The notes below the pieces were generated by a model that saw only the letters and a program-made list of their open reading frames with translations, had not been told where the DNA came from and ran no database searches. From NCBI GenBank assembly GCA_900088475.1, contig FLMG01001098.1, positions 1 to 33,963 on the forward strand: a stretch of 33,963 nucleotides of DNA, written 5' to 3'. Shown here one piece after another: positions 1-10,575 of this stretch; within the stretch, counting starts at the first letter, position 1; every line of letters begins with the position of its first letter. Source of the DNA: Hyphochytrium catenoides (lineage: Eukaryota; Protista; Hyphochytriomycota). The translations under genes were made by a program, and so were the position numbers.

Positions 1-4
1 CTCT

Positions 5-152
5 CCCTAACCCGCTGCCCTAACCCGCTGCCCTAACCCGCTGCCCTAACCCTAAGCTGCCCTAACCCTAAGCTGCCCTAACCCGCTGCCCTAACCCTAA
101 TCCGCTGCCCTAACCCTAATCCGCTGCCCTAACCCGCTGCCCTAACGCGCTG
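5..152 (+). repeat. Telomere/telomere-associated composite repeat: CCCTAA units interleaved with CCCGCTG/TCCGCTG/GCTG spacers (C-rich strand on +, i.e. left chromosome end)
   Basis: Parsed directly: 3x CCCTAACCCGCTG (5-43), 2x CCCTAACCCTAAGCTG (44-75), CCCTAACCCGCTG (76-88), 2x CCCTAACCCTAATCCGCTG (89-126), CCCTAACCCGCTG (127-139), CCCTAACGCGCTG (140-152). CCCTAA is the complement of the canonical TTAGGG telomere repeat. Confidence 0.9.
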
Positions 153-420
153 CCCTATAACCCGCTTCCCTATTCGGCTGCTTTAACTCGTTGCCGTAAA
201 TTCCCACCCTTGCCTAACCTACTCGCCGCCCTGACCCTAACGCGCTTTCAACAACTTGCTCCCATCGCTCTAATCGTAACCCGCTGCCATAAGCTGAACC
301 CGCTGTACCACCTCGCTGCCGTAACGGACTGCTGTAACCCGCTCCTATTCCACTGCCATACCCCACTGCCATATCCTACTGCGATATCCCACTGCCATAT
401 CCCACTTCTAACGCTGTACC
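153..420 (+). repeat. Degenerate continuation of the ~13-bp subtelomeric repeat, ending in a 4-copy CCATATCCCACTG variant
   Basis: Relics such as ccctataacccgctt, cgtaacccgctg and ctgtaacccgctc. Four 13-mers at 356-407 (ccataccccactg, ccatatcctactg, cgatatcccactg, ccatatcccactt). Confidence 0.75.
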
Positions 421-3400
421 CCTTCTCATGAACTCTATTCTCTGTACACATCTTCCTGGCAACCTTTGCCATTGCTGTTCGTCTTTATCAGTTCTTCTTT
501 CCTGTAATCAACTGCTTCCCTTATCTTTCCTCACTTAAAATGCTCTTTCTCTGTTATTCCGTCCGCTTGACACGTTTGCTCCTGTCCTAGATGCTTCTGA
601 CTCTAATACTTCACGTTTTGTTAGTTACTCCTACCTCCCCGCTCCTGCTTCACACTGCTTATTCTTACGAGCTTCGTCCTCTGCACCACCCCGCTCTGAT
701 ATCCCTCTCCGTTGTTCTTGGGCTTTATCTCTCTTTCTTCCATGCTCTTCTTCAAGTGCTCATTCCGTCATTTTTATCCCTTTACGTCTTGTACGCCTTT
801 CCTACATGCCGATCGCCCTTTTCCGACATCTCGTCTTCTTGTCGTTCACTCCACTTCCCCGAGCTGTTTCACCCTGCACGTTCTCGCGAACTCCGTTCTC
901 AGCACCATCCTTTCTGATGCTCTTTCTCTACCTAGATGTTCGTCTTTTTCTCCTTTTTTACAGTTAGCATCTGCTTTCCGACTCTCTTTCCTAACCTCTA
1001 ACATGCCCTTAAGAACATAGAGAGGTACACAAACAGACAATCCAATTCATTTAGAGAGCGCAGATGATTGAGCAAGAGCAAATACTTCTCTGATGCTATC
1101 TTCCCACCTTCCTCTTGGTCTTTATCGCTTTCACCTTATTACCTACCACACTATCTTCCTTTGCTTACAATGCGCCGTTTGTTATTTCCTGTTTGGATGA
1201 TCTGCTTGCTTCTGAACTACATGCTTGTCACTTCCACTCCGATAATTCACCTTTTCTCCTCACTCTAAATTCTCGGCTTAACTGAAGAGAAGACATTATG
1301 TTTCTTAGAACAGTTGATGAGAACAGAGAAACACGATCCAACTCCCTCTTCATAAGCGAGAAGAGCCTCTGTGTTTTCTCGTCTCCATCTAATTCCTCCT
1401 CCTTATACCCTCGGTGGCTCCCTTCTTTGACTCCCTTGCATATCATACTTATCTCTTTCTATTCTCCTCTCTTCGTCTACTTTTCTCTGGGTCCGTCATC
1501 CACTTCACTAGCTCTCTCTTTCTTCGGTCTCTCCCTCTCCCTTTTCCCCCTGTCTCGCACTTTCTTGCTATGTTGTAATTAGGTTACGCCTAGAATTCTG
1601 CCATCACGGGAGGGAGGGAAGGCAGGGCCCTGTGCAACGGCAACTGGAGTTAAAACACATGGTAAATTGGTTCCGACCCGCTGTAAGGAGTTCACGTGTG
1701 GAGGAGGTTTCTCCTTACACCCGCCCTCTGTTGCCGGACAGCTTATGTCGAGGCGAGATCTACTTCTTGCGTCCCGCTTAATTGCTGCAGATTTCCTGCC
1801 GGAGATATTTCTGCTTTGCTCCCCTCTTTATTTTGTTCCTCACCGCCCTCTGATGCGAGGGGTATGCCCTAAAAAGCTATTAAGCTTGAGCCAATGCTTT
1901 TCCGGAATAAGAGAGAAGTTAATCGTGCGGCTTGCCATGATGGGAAGCAGTTAACTATCTTTGTTCGAGCAGGAACGTAAAGGGGCCGAGAATTCAAGGA
2001 AAAGAAGATGCCCAGAACATGTCCCCCTGTTGCTCCGGGAAAAAAGCGGTGTAACTAAGAGGCTCAGAAATGCTGTGATAGTAATGGCATGGGATGAATG
2101 GCAGCTAGAGATACGAGATATGTATCATGCCGATGAAGAATCGCCAGCATTGTGTCATCCCATAACTCCGGAAGAGCTGCTCCTTCCATGCCGCTACCCA
2201 ACGTCGTCTATGATCACCTCACCCTTCATCTACTGGTCACCGATATTCTCCCCTTCTTAGGCCTCTGTTTTTCTGCTTCCAGAAGGTCCCTATGTGCACG
2301 AGCGTTTTGTTTGCCCTTTTCGATGTTTAGTCTTTGAATATATTCATGAATGTATTTCTCACGCACCTCTTGTCAATCAAAAGACAGAAAGCCTGCTTTA
2401 GGGAAGAAACAAGAGAGTAAGAATTGTCCTAGGAGACAAGAGAGAACACAAAAGAGAGGTTTATAGATGCCAGGACAGGGCAAGAGTAGGAGAGACCCAG
2501 ATGGGGGACTACATGCCAGCCTTTGATATAGGTGTACTCCGTGCCAATATAAGTATAAGCTAGCTGCCAAGAGTTTGCCATCCATGCCAGCTTAGGTCTT
2601 CTAACCCTCAGAGACTTGAGTCCGCCACCTAGGTGCCAGGCAGGAGGTCGGATCCCAGTCTGAGGAGTCCGCTAGGAACTAGCTCTGTCGTGCACTTATT
2701 GATCCTAGTAAACGCCCTCACCACCCTAGCTTCCATCAAATGCGTCAAATTAGGCATTAAAGTAATAGGTACCAGTTCAAGGATGTCAGCCCTAGCAAAC
2801 GCCAGGCAAAGCGCTGCTGGCCCTGGTACCAGCTTTGGCCTTAGCCTTGATGGCCGCCTGGAATACCCGCCGTACGTTATCAGTGTTGATGCGAGCCATA
2901 GGTGCCACCCTAGCTTTCAGAGTAGGGGCCAGCATAGGTAACAACATATAAGGTACCTGGCCGGCCTCATTATTATCAAGTGCCAGACTAAGTGCCCGTC
3001 TTGGTACTTTTTTGACCCCATCGGCCTCGGTACAGCATAGGATGATGGACTCTAACCATATGTATCATAGGTGTCACTCTAGGGCCAGCCTTAGGTGCCA
3101 CACAGTTATGCCATCCTCCTTCATAAAATTCGAAGCTAAGCAGCAGCCTACGCGCCAGCTGCCGCCCACACATACTTTGTCAAAGGCTCCTTTGGTGCTT
3201 GCATAGAGCAGTGAGAGTCGGTCCTCTTAAACAGGCTCTCAAGAAGTACGAGTACAGGCAGCAAAGCCATCACCTGCGGCAAGCAAACATCTTTTGTTGG
3301 ATATGAGATCTTGTTGTCATCCTCATCATGCTCTTTCATTGCTCTTGTGCACCACCGTCAAATGAAGTGGCCCTCACTGCAAGCTTCTGGATTGCAAATG

Positions 3401-3504
3401 GAATCTTGTCCGCACTAATCTTATGGGAAGAGAAAAGCATGCATGATTACTGTTCTCGTATAGGCTCCATCATCTCTTTGTACTTCATGATCGGTCGTCT
3501 CACA

Positions 3505-4170
3505 TTCTTCTTTACTCTCTCCTCTCTCCTCTCTGGCCATCTCCTTCTGTCCTTGCGCACTTCTTCTCTCCGACCCTCCCTTTCCTTTCCTCCTCGCTCC
3601 TCGGTCTCTCTTGCATCTTCCTTTCCCCTCTCTTCGCTTTCCCAGGAAGTGTCTCTCTCTTCAAGCAGCTTCCTACTTTCTTGCTCCTCTCTCTTTCCGC
3701 TATACTCGCTGGACAAGAAGAGAAGTGGCCGCCAGAGAGACAGAGAGGAGAGACGGTTTGAGAGATAGTAGAAGAGAACCCGGAGACGAGGATTGCAGAT
3801 CAGGTTGCAGCAGGGTCTCCGACCAAAGAGAAAGAGCATGAAACCTGTGAGAGACGCAAGAAGCGGACTTTGGAGTAGAGAAAAGAATGGGAGAGAGGGA
3901 GAGGAGGGGAGCGAGGGAGGGAGGGAGACAGAGAGAGAAGGAAAGGAGAGAAATGCCTATTTCCGTAAAAGGCCAGGTTCTCAACTTTCCCCCTGTAAGT
4001 TCGTTTACCTTCGCCCTTCAGCAAAATAGGGGCGCGCTGAAAGATGGGGAAGTGGGGTGGCTGGGGGGGAGGGAGGGCGACAGAGAATCAGAAGATACTC
4101 TTCTGGTAGATAAACGAGAGAGCTACCAGGGAGAAAGCGAGGGAGGGGAGGGGGCTAAAAGCGAAGAGGC
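3505..4170. repeat. Low-complexity CT-rich block switching to a GA-rich block at ~3710
   Basis: Near-pure pyrimidine tract 3505-3700 followed by a purine-rich (GA/GGA) tract. The ORFs called here are S/L- or E/R-rich artefacts. Confidence 0.7.
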
Positions 4171-4518
4171 TAGTGGTGGTGTTCCACCAATCAACTAGTT
4201 TGAGGACTGAGGTTGAGGCCTATGTCCTTCTAGGGCCCTATGGAGAGTGAGGTTTTGGCCGAGATAGACCAAATAAGCTAGGAGGAACACGGAAGAGAGA
4301 GGAAGGACACGAGCATAGGACGAGACGCTGGGGGGGAGAGGACAGCTTCGTAGAGGAGGAGAAGACCAGAATAAGGTCGGTAGAAGGGCCACGTTGCTGT
4401 TATAAAGGCTCGCGGTACTTAGCACCGGGCCAGGGACGGAATGAGACCCCTTATGGCCTCTTAAGGGGGTCTCCTGTGACGCCGGCGCTTTGCCTGGCAG
4501 CTTCTTATATTAGTAGAA

Positions 4519-4850
4519 CTCGCCGCGCTCAATCTTCACGGCAGGTGGTTCGTGCAGATTCGGTTTACCCCGGGGGAGACCCTTGCTATTGCGGCCAGTA
4601 GCTCGGACTTTGGGATCAACATTCGGGATCTGTCCAGCGCGGCTATGCATCCCCGAACCCATCTGGACAAGTTATCCTTCGCCTGCTATGATCTCTAGAG
4701 ATTACCTATGCTGCTTTTAGTACGGCGAGCCACACGCACGACTCCCTCAATGAGGCCGCCGACGCGGGCAGTCGGGTATGGATTTCCCCACATTACACCA
4801 ATGTCTTCTCACACTACTGCTCCTCTTGGTCGCAGGTACCGATCCCGCAA
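4519..4850 (+). pseudogene. DIRS-type RNase H domain remnant
   Basis: Manual translation: LAALNLHGRWFVQIRFTPGE...DFGINIRDLSSAA (the INxxEL motif). After an apparent internal deletion/frameshift: SPNPSGQVILRLL*SLEITYAAFSTASHTHDSLNEAADAGSRVW (the H(I)PGxxNxxADxxSR motif), then F..YCSSWSQVPIP. Not present in the ORF track. Confidence 0.75.
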
Positions 4851-4970
4851 CGCTCTGACCTACCTACGATGACGACACGGAGGCCACCACCCTTGGGAAG
4901 GCCAGGGCAGTTCTCTGGCTTCAACACTTTTTCCTCGCACGGAACATCACTATCACCCCGGGCTTTGCGC

Positions 4971-5274
4971 GCGCTCCTAAGACAGGGCCTTAGCCGCGAA
5001 CCCGCTCCGTCCAGAAGCAGCCCGTGCCCGTGCCAATCCTGCTGCGCTTCTCGGACTTTATTTTCTGGTACACATCACAGTACCAATTCTTATGGGGCCT
5101 CAATATTCTGGCCTACTTCTGGCGCTCCTAAGTCAGGGCCTTAGCCGCGAATCTGCTCCCATTGCCAGAAGCTTCCCGTGCCCGGGCCAACCCTGCTGCG
5201 CTTCTTGGGCTTGATTTCTTGGTACACATCACACCACCAATTCTTATGGGGCCCCACTATTCTGGTCCACTTCT
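4971..5274 (+). repeat. Diverged tandem direct duplication (~150 bp x2) inside the YR relic
   Basis: Copy 1 at 4971-5120 and copy 2 at 5122-5274 both start gcgctcctaag(a/t)cagggccttagccgcgaa and end ...attctgg(c/t)c(t/c)acttct; roughly 20 differences by eye. Confidence 0.92.
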
Positions 5275-5816
5275 TCCTCCTCAGACGGTCCGAGTACTGC
5301 CTCATGGGTACCAAGACCCAACCCTGCGTCCTTAGAATCAATGACCTACAGCTTTGGGTCTGCGCCGGCAGACCGTGCGGAGATAGCGCCAGGGCAGAGG
5401 CAATCTCTGTCGATACACGCCGCTGCAAAAACGACCAGATCAGAAAAGGTTCTCATCGTCACTTACGGGGTCAGGACACTTTCTTCTGTGTCCTATCAAG
5501 GCAGGCTGTCTGCTGAAGGCTGTGCACTCACCTTGGGTTCATCCAGGCGAGCGGGAGTTAGCGAAAGGTACGTCCGAGATTAATGTTACTGCGGAGAACG
5601 TGGCCATGCTGGTGAACCAAGCTGCAGCAGCCTGCGGACATCCATCCGAAGGGTACTCAACATACTCCCTGAGGGCAGGAGACGCCACTGCACTAATGAA
5701 CGGTCAGGCGGGCGACCTAACCGTCAAGTTCCTTGGGACACTGGCACGCTGACGCTTAACCAAGGCTATCCGGCCTATCAACCCGTCCAGACGGAAGGCA
5801 CGGCGGCGAGATGGTA
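4971..5816 (+). pseudogene. Tyrosine recombinase (phage-integrase fold) pseudogene of the DIRS-type element
   Basis: Fragments in several frames: QKQPVP...LWG..ILAYF/FFLLRRSEY (box I Arg), CKNDQIRKG (Lys), GYSTYSLRAGDATALMNG (HSLRxGGAT, with H>Y and G>D), VKFLG-HWHADAY-QGYP (GRWxSxxYxxY, with frameshifts). Confidence 0.88.
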
Positions 5817-8139
5817 GGGCACAAGCAGGCAAGAGGCTCTCAAATTACCACTCTCCACCACTCACTACGCTAAGCGCGCACACAACCCACTGCTACACGA
5901 CCTACTTTCTGGGGGCCAAGAGCCCCCTCCCGCTTGACCCAGCTAGGCGACAAGGAGAGCTCCCAGGTTAGTAATGTCGAGCGCCAGTTTGACCCGCAGC
6001 CGGAGGCTTATCATACATTTGCATGCTCTGTCACGTCACCCGGGTGAGCAGAATGAAAATCAGAGAGAACAGTAATAGAAGAGCAATTTGATCCTGCAAA
6101 ATTGGTGACAACTGAGGTCATCACTCTCCTAGCACTACTAATACTATACAAAGGTGGTCAGACCGTTGCCTATAGTAGACGACCAACTCCTGCCTTATCC
6201 TTCTCCTACTAGCTTCTCTGTTCTGGCAGTTATCTACTACTCTGGTGTGTTCTCCGAAGAGTATTTGTACAATAATAATGCTATGGGCTCTGTGTCCCTA
6301 TTTGCTGACCTTTGCTAATTTCCTCTCCTCACCAGCGTTGACATTTTCCTTCGACTTCCACTCCCCAGGATGTCGTGACAAGAGCATAAGCCTGTATAAG
6401 CCTCTGGCTGGGGTCCAACTGGTGCTAACATTATTAGTCTTGCTTTCCTTGCGCCGCCTGGCTGAAGCAGGAAGAGGGTCCCGGCGCATGCGGTGAATAA
6501 GTAACAGCCCGTGCTCCAAGTAGTCAATAGAAGAAAAGAATTGAGCGATAATTCCACAGTGTTCACTCTTCAGGTCTAACTAACCATCAGGCTACCCCAT
6601 TTTAACCCACTGCCCGCTTGGCTACACCATGTGGAGTATGACTTGCTTCAATCTCTCTCTGTTGGTGAGTTGACACCACTATAAAGACAACTAACGGAGA
6701 TACTTTACAGTTCAGGCTGTGAGAGATACCATCGCACACATTCAACCCACACTTTCTTCAGACGGAAGGTAGGAGCGGAACATGACCCAATAATGGTTTC
6801 TGTGCCTGATAATCCCAGAACTCCTTCCGCAGCGGGAGGTCAACAAGTTCTTTCCGGTTCCTTCATCGACCCGCAAATCAATGGCCTGATCTCTTCCCAC
6901 TTCTTTTGCAGTCTCCCTCAGCTTGGTTAAATACTGCCCATTACTTCTTCCTCTGATCTATGCCCCTTTCATTACCTTTTAAGGCAGCTTGACCAAAAGG
7001 GTAGGAAGTTAAGGAGAAGGTAGAAGCATACGGCTTCTTCAAGCTCTGGCTCCATTGTCTGTCTTACTTTCTTACATGTCTGGCTGAGAAGGCGAGAGAG
7101 CGTATAGTTGACCCTAGGTCGCTGCTATAACGGACCCTAGTCATATAGATGAATGTTGGGGGCTTAAATAAAGACAGCTCCTACTAGGAAAGATGGAGGA
7201 GGAAAAAAAAGAGAGGAGAAACGGACGTACGGCGGAGAACATGGATCTGAGCTTCAGCAAGATAAGATGATGGGCTAAATGATAAGAAAGAAGCAAGACG
7301 TTCACTATCGATAAGCCCCTTTTAGAGTGAGAGAGCTAAGGGCAAAACTCCTGATGCTAGTGTGTGACGGCAGGTAAGGACACTAAGACGATTTAAAGCG
7401 CGAGGTACGTCTTAATCCAGCAGTGAGGGAAAGAGCGAACGGCGCAACAGCATTGAAGAGCGCTGCTCCCTCTCGCTCCCTCTTTAAGAGCCCTCCAATA
7501 TCGTCATCACAGATTTTTTAGCCAGTCCGCGGAATTGATAGTCTCCTCAGCGTTCACACGGCCTCTGCGGGCTGAAGCCCACAGCCAAGCGCCGCGCAGG
7601 GCGGGAAGTCAGTAGGGATCCCAAGGAACTGAGCTGCAGAAGGACTGATATCTTTTCATAAACGAGGGACGAAGTTCTAAATTTTCTCCCCCCACGCCAG
7701 GCAGAAGGGTTGGCACTCCTCATCCTGCACTCTAGCGCCAAGAAGTATGGCCGTGCTTGAAGAGCTATTCATTGACTATGCAGTGCTTCCTTTTGTAAAT
7801 CTTAAAGCTTGGAAGGGCGCGCGTGCTGCTACTGATCCGCTCGCCCACATCAAGACCCTAAGCAGGGCGACGAAATACGGGGGTCTACAGATCCCAGTGC
7901 GCAGTTGCCCCAAGCGTCGTCCGCGATCAGTCAGGAGGAGCAAGACAGACAGACCCGGAGAAATCAGAACAGGTTGAACAGGAGGGAAGAGACAGGCGCC
8001 GGGAGGTCGATATCACGTTGGGAGAGAGATCCTGTCTACAAGAGCTGTGATTAATCTAATTTACAGAACGGAGAAGAGGGATGACTAGGCCATGAGCCAC
8101 ACAAGGCTAGGACGCGGTCAAGGCATTGAAGAGGCAACG

Positions 8140-8225
8140 ACAGGAGAGAGAGAGAGAAAGGGAAAGGAGCGAGCGAGAGAAATAGATGTGCAGAGAGAGA
8201 GACAGACAGAGACAGAGAGAGAAAT
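8140..8225 (+). repeat. Imperfect (GA)n/(GACA)n microsatellite
   Basis: gagagagagagaaag...gagagagagacagacagagacagagagaga. Confidence 0.7.
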
Positions 8226-8990
8226 TGTACGGAACGCAACGATTCAGCTACACTCCTTTGGTAGGCAGAGACTCCTCCTCTAGCTCAGCTTGAATGCTAT
8301 CTACAACCTCTAGACGGCCAGAGCGGTTATCTGTACCATGAGCAACAGTTGCCGAATGTGGAACAGTCATGCACCCGTTTCTTTCCGCTTCCTTTCGTCC
8401 GACTTTCCTTTCCTCTCTCTTCTTCTCGAGCATCTCCCTTCATTTCTCTTTTGTGCGGCATGGTCAGTGCTTTCGTGGACCTACCTCTCTCTCTCTCATG
8501 CACTTGGTTGTTGTTCTCTATTTCATGCTTTTGACTTCTTTCTTCCTTGACCTGGTACTTCGTTAGTCTTTTTGACTTTCTCTCTACCTCTCCCAGGCAG
8601 CTGGGCTCTTCTCCTATCCTATCTGTTGCTCTTGAAGTCTGACTTCCTTAGCCGGCGCCTCATTAAATGGTCCTTAGCCTCTCTTATTCTCATGGCTGGT
8701 CTCTTTATTTGTCCTATCTCTTGCTTCTCTCTATTCAGTATTCACTTTTTCACCCATGGTATCGCTTTTCTCCTCGTTAGAACGGTTCTTCTTCCTCTCT
8801 CTCTCTTCTCCACCCTTGGACAACACTTTTTCCTGTCTCTCCTCGTCAGATAATAATATTGCCAAGTGATGATGGATAACAGAAGAGATCTACTGGCTGT
8901 TAGGACTGCGCAAGGTGCATAATCAACCTTCTCGTTCATTAATAATATCAGAGTTGTCCGCAAGATGCAGTGGTGGAGATCTAAGCTGTT

Positions 8991-10375
8991 TTAGTCTTGT
9001 TCATCATAACTACGGTCCACGGCGCCCATCATCAGCTTTAGAAGCCACAAGTAAGGCGTAAATGCCGTTCCAGGGTTCTTCTTTGTAAACTCTGCTTCCT
9101 CTAGCTCATAGTTGGAAATGGCATCAATCAAATGGCCAATCTCTACATCGTTGTCGAGGCTCGACAAGAAGCGCTGTGCGGCCAGATCATTTCCGACCTG
9201 AGCGAACTGGTAACTAACAGCCTTTTGTGGAAGGCCTCTGGAGGATAGCCAGCCTGCGCATCTCTTGATGACGTTACGCAGAGTGTCTTTCCCTTCACCA
9301 GCGGGTTCACCATCAGTAATGATGATGACCAGAATCGGCTTCTGTATGTGCCCCATCGCTGCCGCTCCCTGATAGAGGAAAGGCTGTAGTACCTTCGATT
9401 CGAGGTTGGTCCCGATGGGTGTCATGCCAGAAAATTTGACGTTGGCGACTAGGTTAGACGCATCGACGGCGGTGCAGATGTTGTTGCCTTCTATCGAGCT
9501 GTTGATCATCCTAACCACGATTCCATCGTCGTCAAACAAGGTGGCGATCTCGGAGACGCTACTAATTATAGTCTTCAGGTCTTTGATGCGTTCACCGTGG
9601 TCCTGAGCGGCCATTGATCCACTATCGTCCGCGTAGATGACAATGTCGTATAGAGCCAAGGAATACAGGTCTTGGGCAAGCTCGAGTGGTATACCCCATG
9701 TGTTGGAGATGGCGTCCAAACTGACTCTAGATACTCGCGAAGCTACCTCTTGCACGCGATGTGGAGGATAGAAGCATTCGAAGCCGTTCTCCATCACGAT
9801 CTTCTGCAGCCGTCCAGTTATGACAGAGACATCAGCGCCGTTGACAGACTGTTGGTACTGGGGAGGGAGGTTGTTCCCCATGTTATGTTGGGTAGCTGCT
9901 GCTTGTGGTGGCGTTATATGGCCAAAGGCATTGCCGGGTGCTTGCTGAGGTGAAAAAGTGAAGATATTTGTGGGAGCAGATGGTGGTGCCACTGCCTGAT
10001 AAGCGGTATGACCAGCCGAGCCTTGCATCCACTGCTGCTGGGGGTTGAAATGCGGACTAGTGGCTTGTAGTGGTGGCTGTGCGGGTTGATGTGGTAGAGG
10101 AGCGGACGGTGATTGCATCCCATAACTACTGCTGCCGCTAGGCGACATAGGCCTAGGCGACAAATTGCTGTTTGTCGGAGATGCTGGGGAAATATATGAT
10201 CCCTGCTGCTGCTGCTACATAGAAACGTAATATTAGTCTCCGATCACTCATCATACCACCAAACATGGTATTGCCTCTCTCTCACCTGTGAGGCTTGTTG
10301 GACACCAGGGAACTGCTGGCCCTTCTCCCCTGCTGCGGGACCGCTCGCAGCGGCGAGCTTGCTAGACAATCCCAT
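8991..10375 (-). CDS. von Willebrand factor A (MIDAS) domain protein with a long Q/P/S-rich N-terminus; 2 exons (10375-10286, 10214-8991), ~437 aa
   Basis: ATG at 10375 gives MGLSSKLAAASG... A 71-nt GT..CTAAT..AG intron (10285-10215) joins it in frame to the 390-aa ORF. Complete MIDAS: DDSGSM (DxSxS), TPIG, IIITDGEP. Resembles, from memory, fungal RfeF-type vWA proteins. Confidence 0.88.
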
Positions 10376-10558
10376 GCTGAAATTACTCTGTGTGAGTGCT
10401 CGCTTCTTTGTCGGAGAGAATAAAGGAAAGAATGTTTAATTGTCCTGGAACGTTTACTTATGACGAACTCTAAGGCTAGTGAGACTTTTCTGCAGTGGGC
10501 TGCTTCGGTCGACCATCCTACTATCCTAACTCAAGAATAGACCCCATCGCTGTCAACA

Positions 10559-10575
10559 TTGGGTTAGGGTTAGGG
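10559..10575 (+). repeat. Short interstitial telomeric sequence (TTGGGTTAGGGTTAGGG), inverted relative to the terminal array; possible telo-box
   Basis: Exact GGGTTAGGGTTAGGG at 10561-10575, about 185 nt upstream of the vWA start codon. Confidence 0.6.

Larger units (their letters stand above)
4500..5820 (+). mobile_element. Decayed DIRS-order (DIRS/Ngaro-like) tyrosine-recombinase retrotransposon: RNase H relic followed by YR relic; no RT or gag recognisable
   Basis: RNase H motifs are directly followed by tyrosine-recombinase motifs on the same strand, the gene order diagnostic of DIRS-order elements. Many frameshifts and stops. Confidence 0.85.

Noticed and set aside
5-152. Repeat-spacer appearance suggesting a CRISPR array
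   Set aside because: Units are 13-19 bp with near-identical spacers, the context is eukaryotic and there are no cas genes.
430-1600. Several 60-110 aa ORFs in a strongly pyrimidine-rich stretch; considered a telomere-specific retrotransposon
   Set aside because: L/S/F/P-rich products simply reflect composition. No RT, endonuclease or gag motif was found on either strand.
3328-4425. Overlapping ORFs of 70-146 aa on both strands
   Set aside because: Translations of CT/GA low-complexity DNA with no domain signal.
6245-7080. Minus-strand fragments that look like a decayed gene (…IAQFFSSIDYLEHG…TSWTPARGLYRLMLLSR…); considered a transposase relic
   Set aside because: No motif could be matched with confidence. 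It needs a frameshift-aware search.
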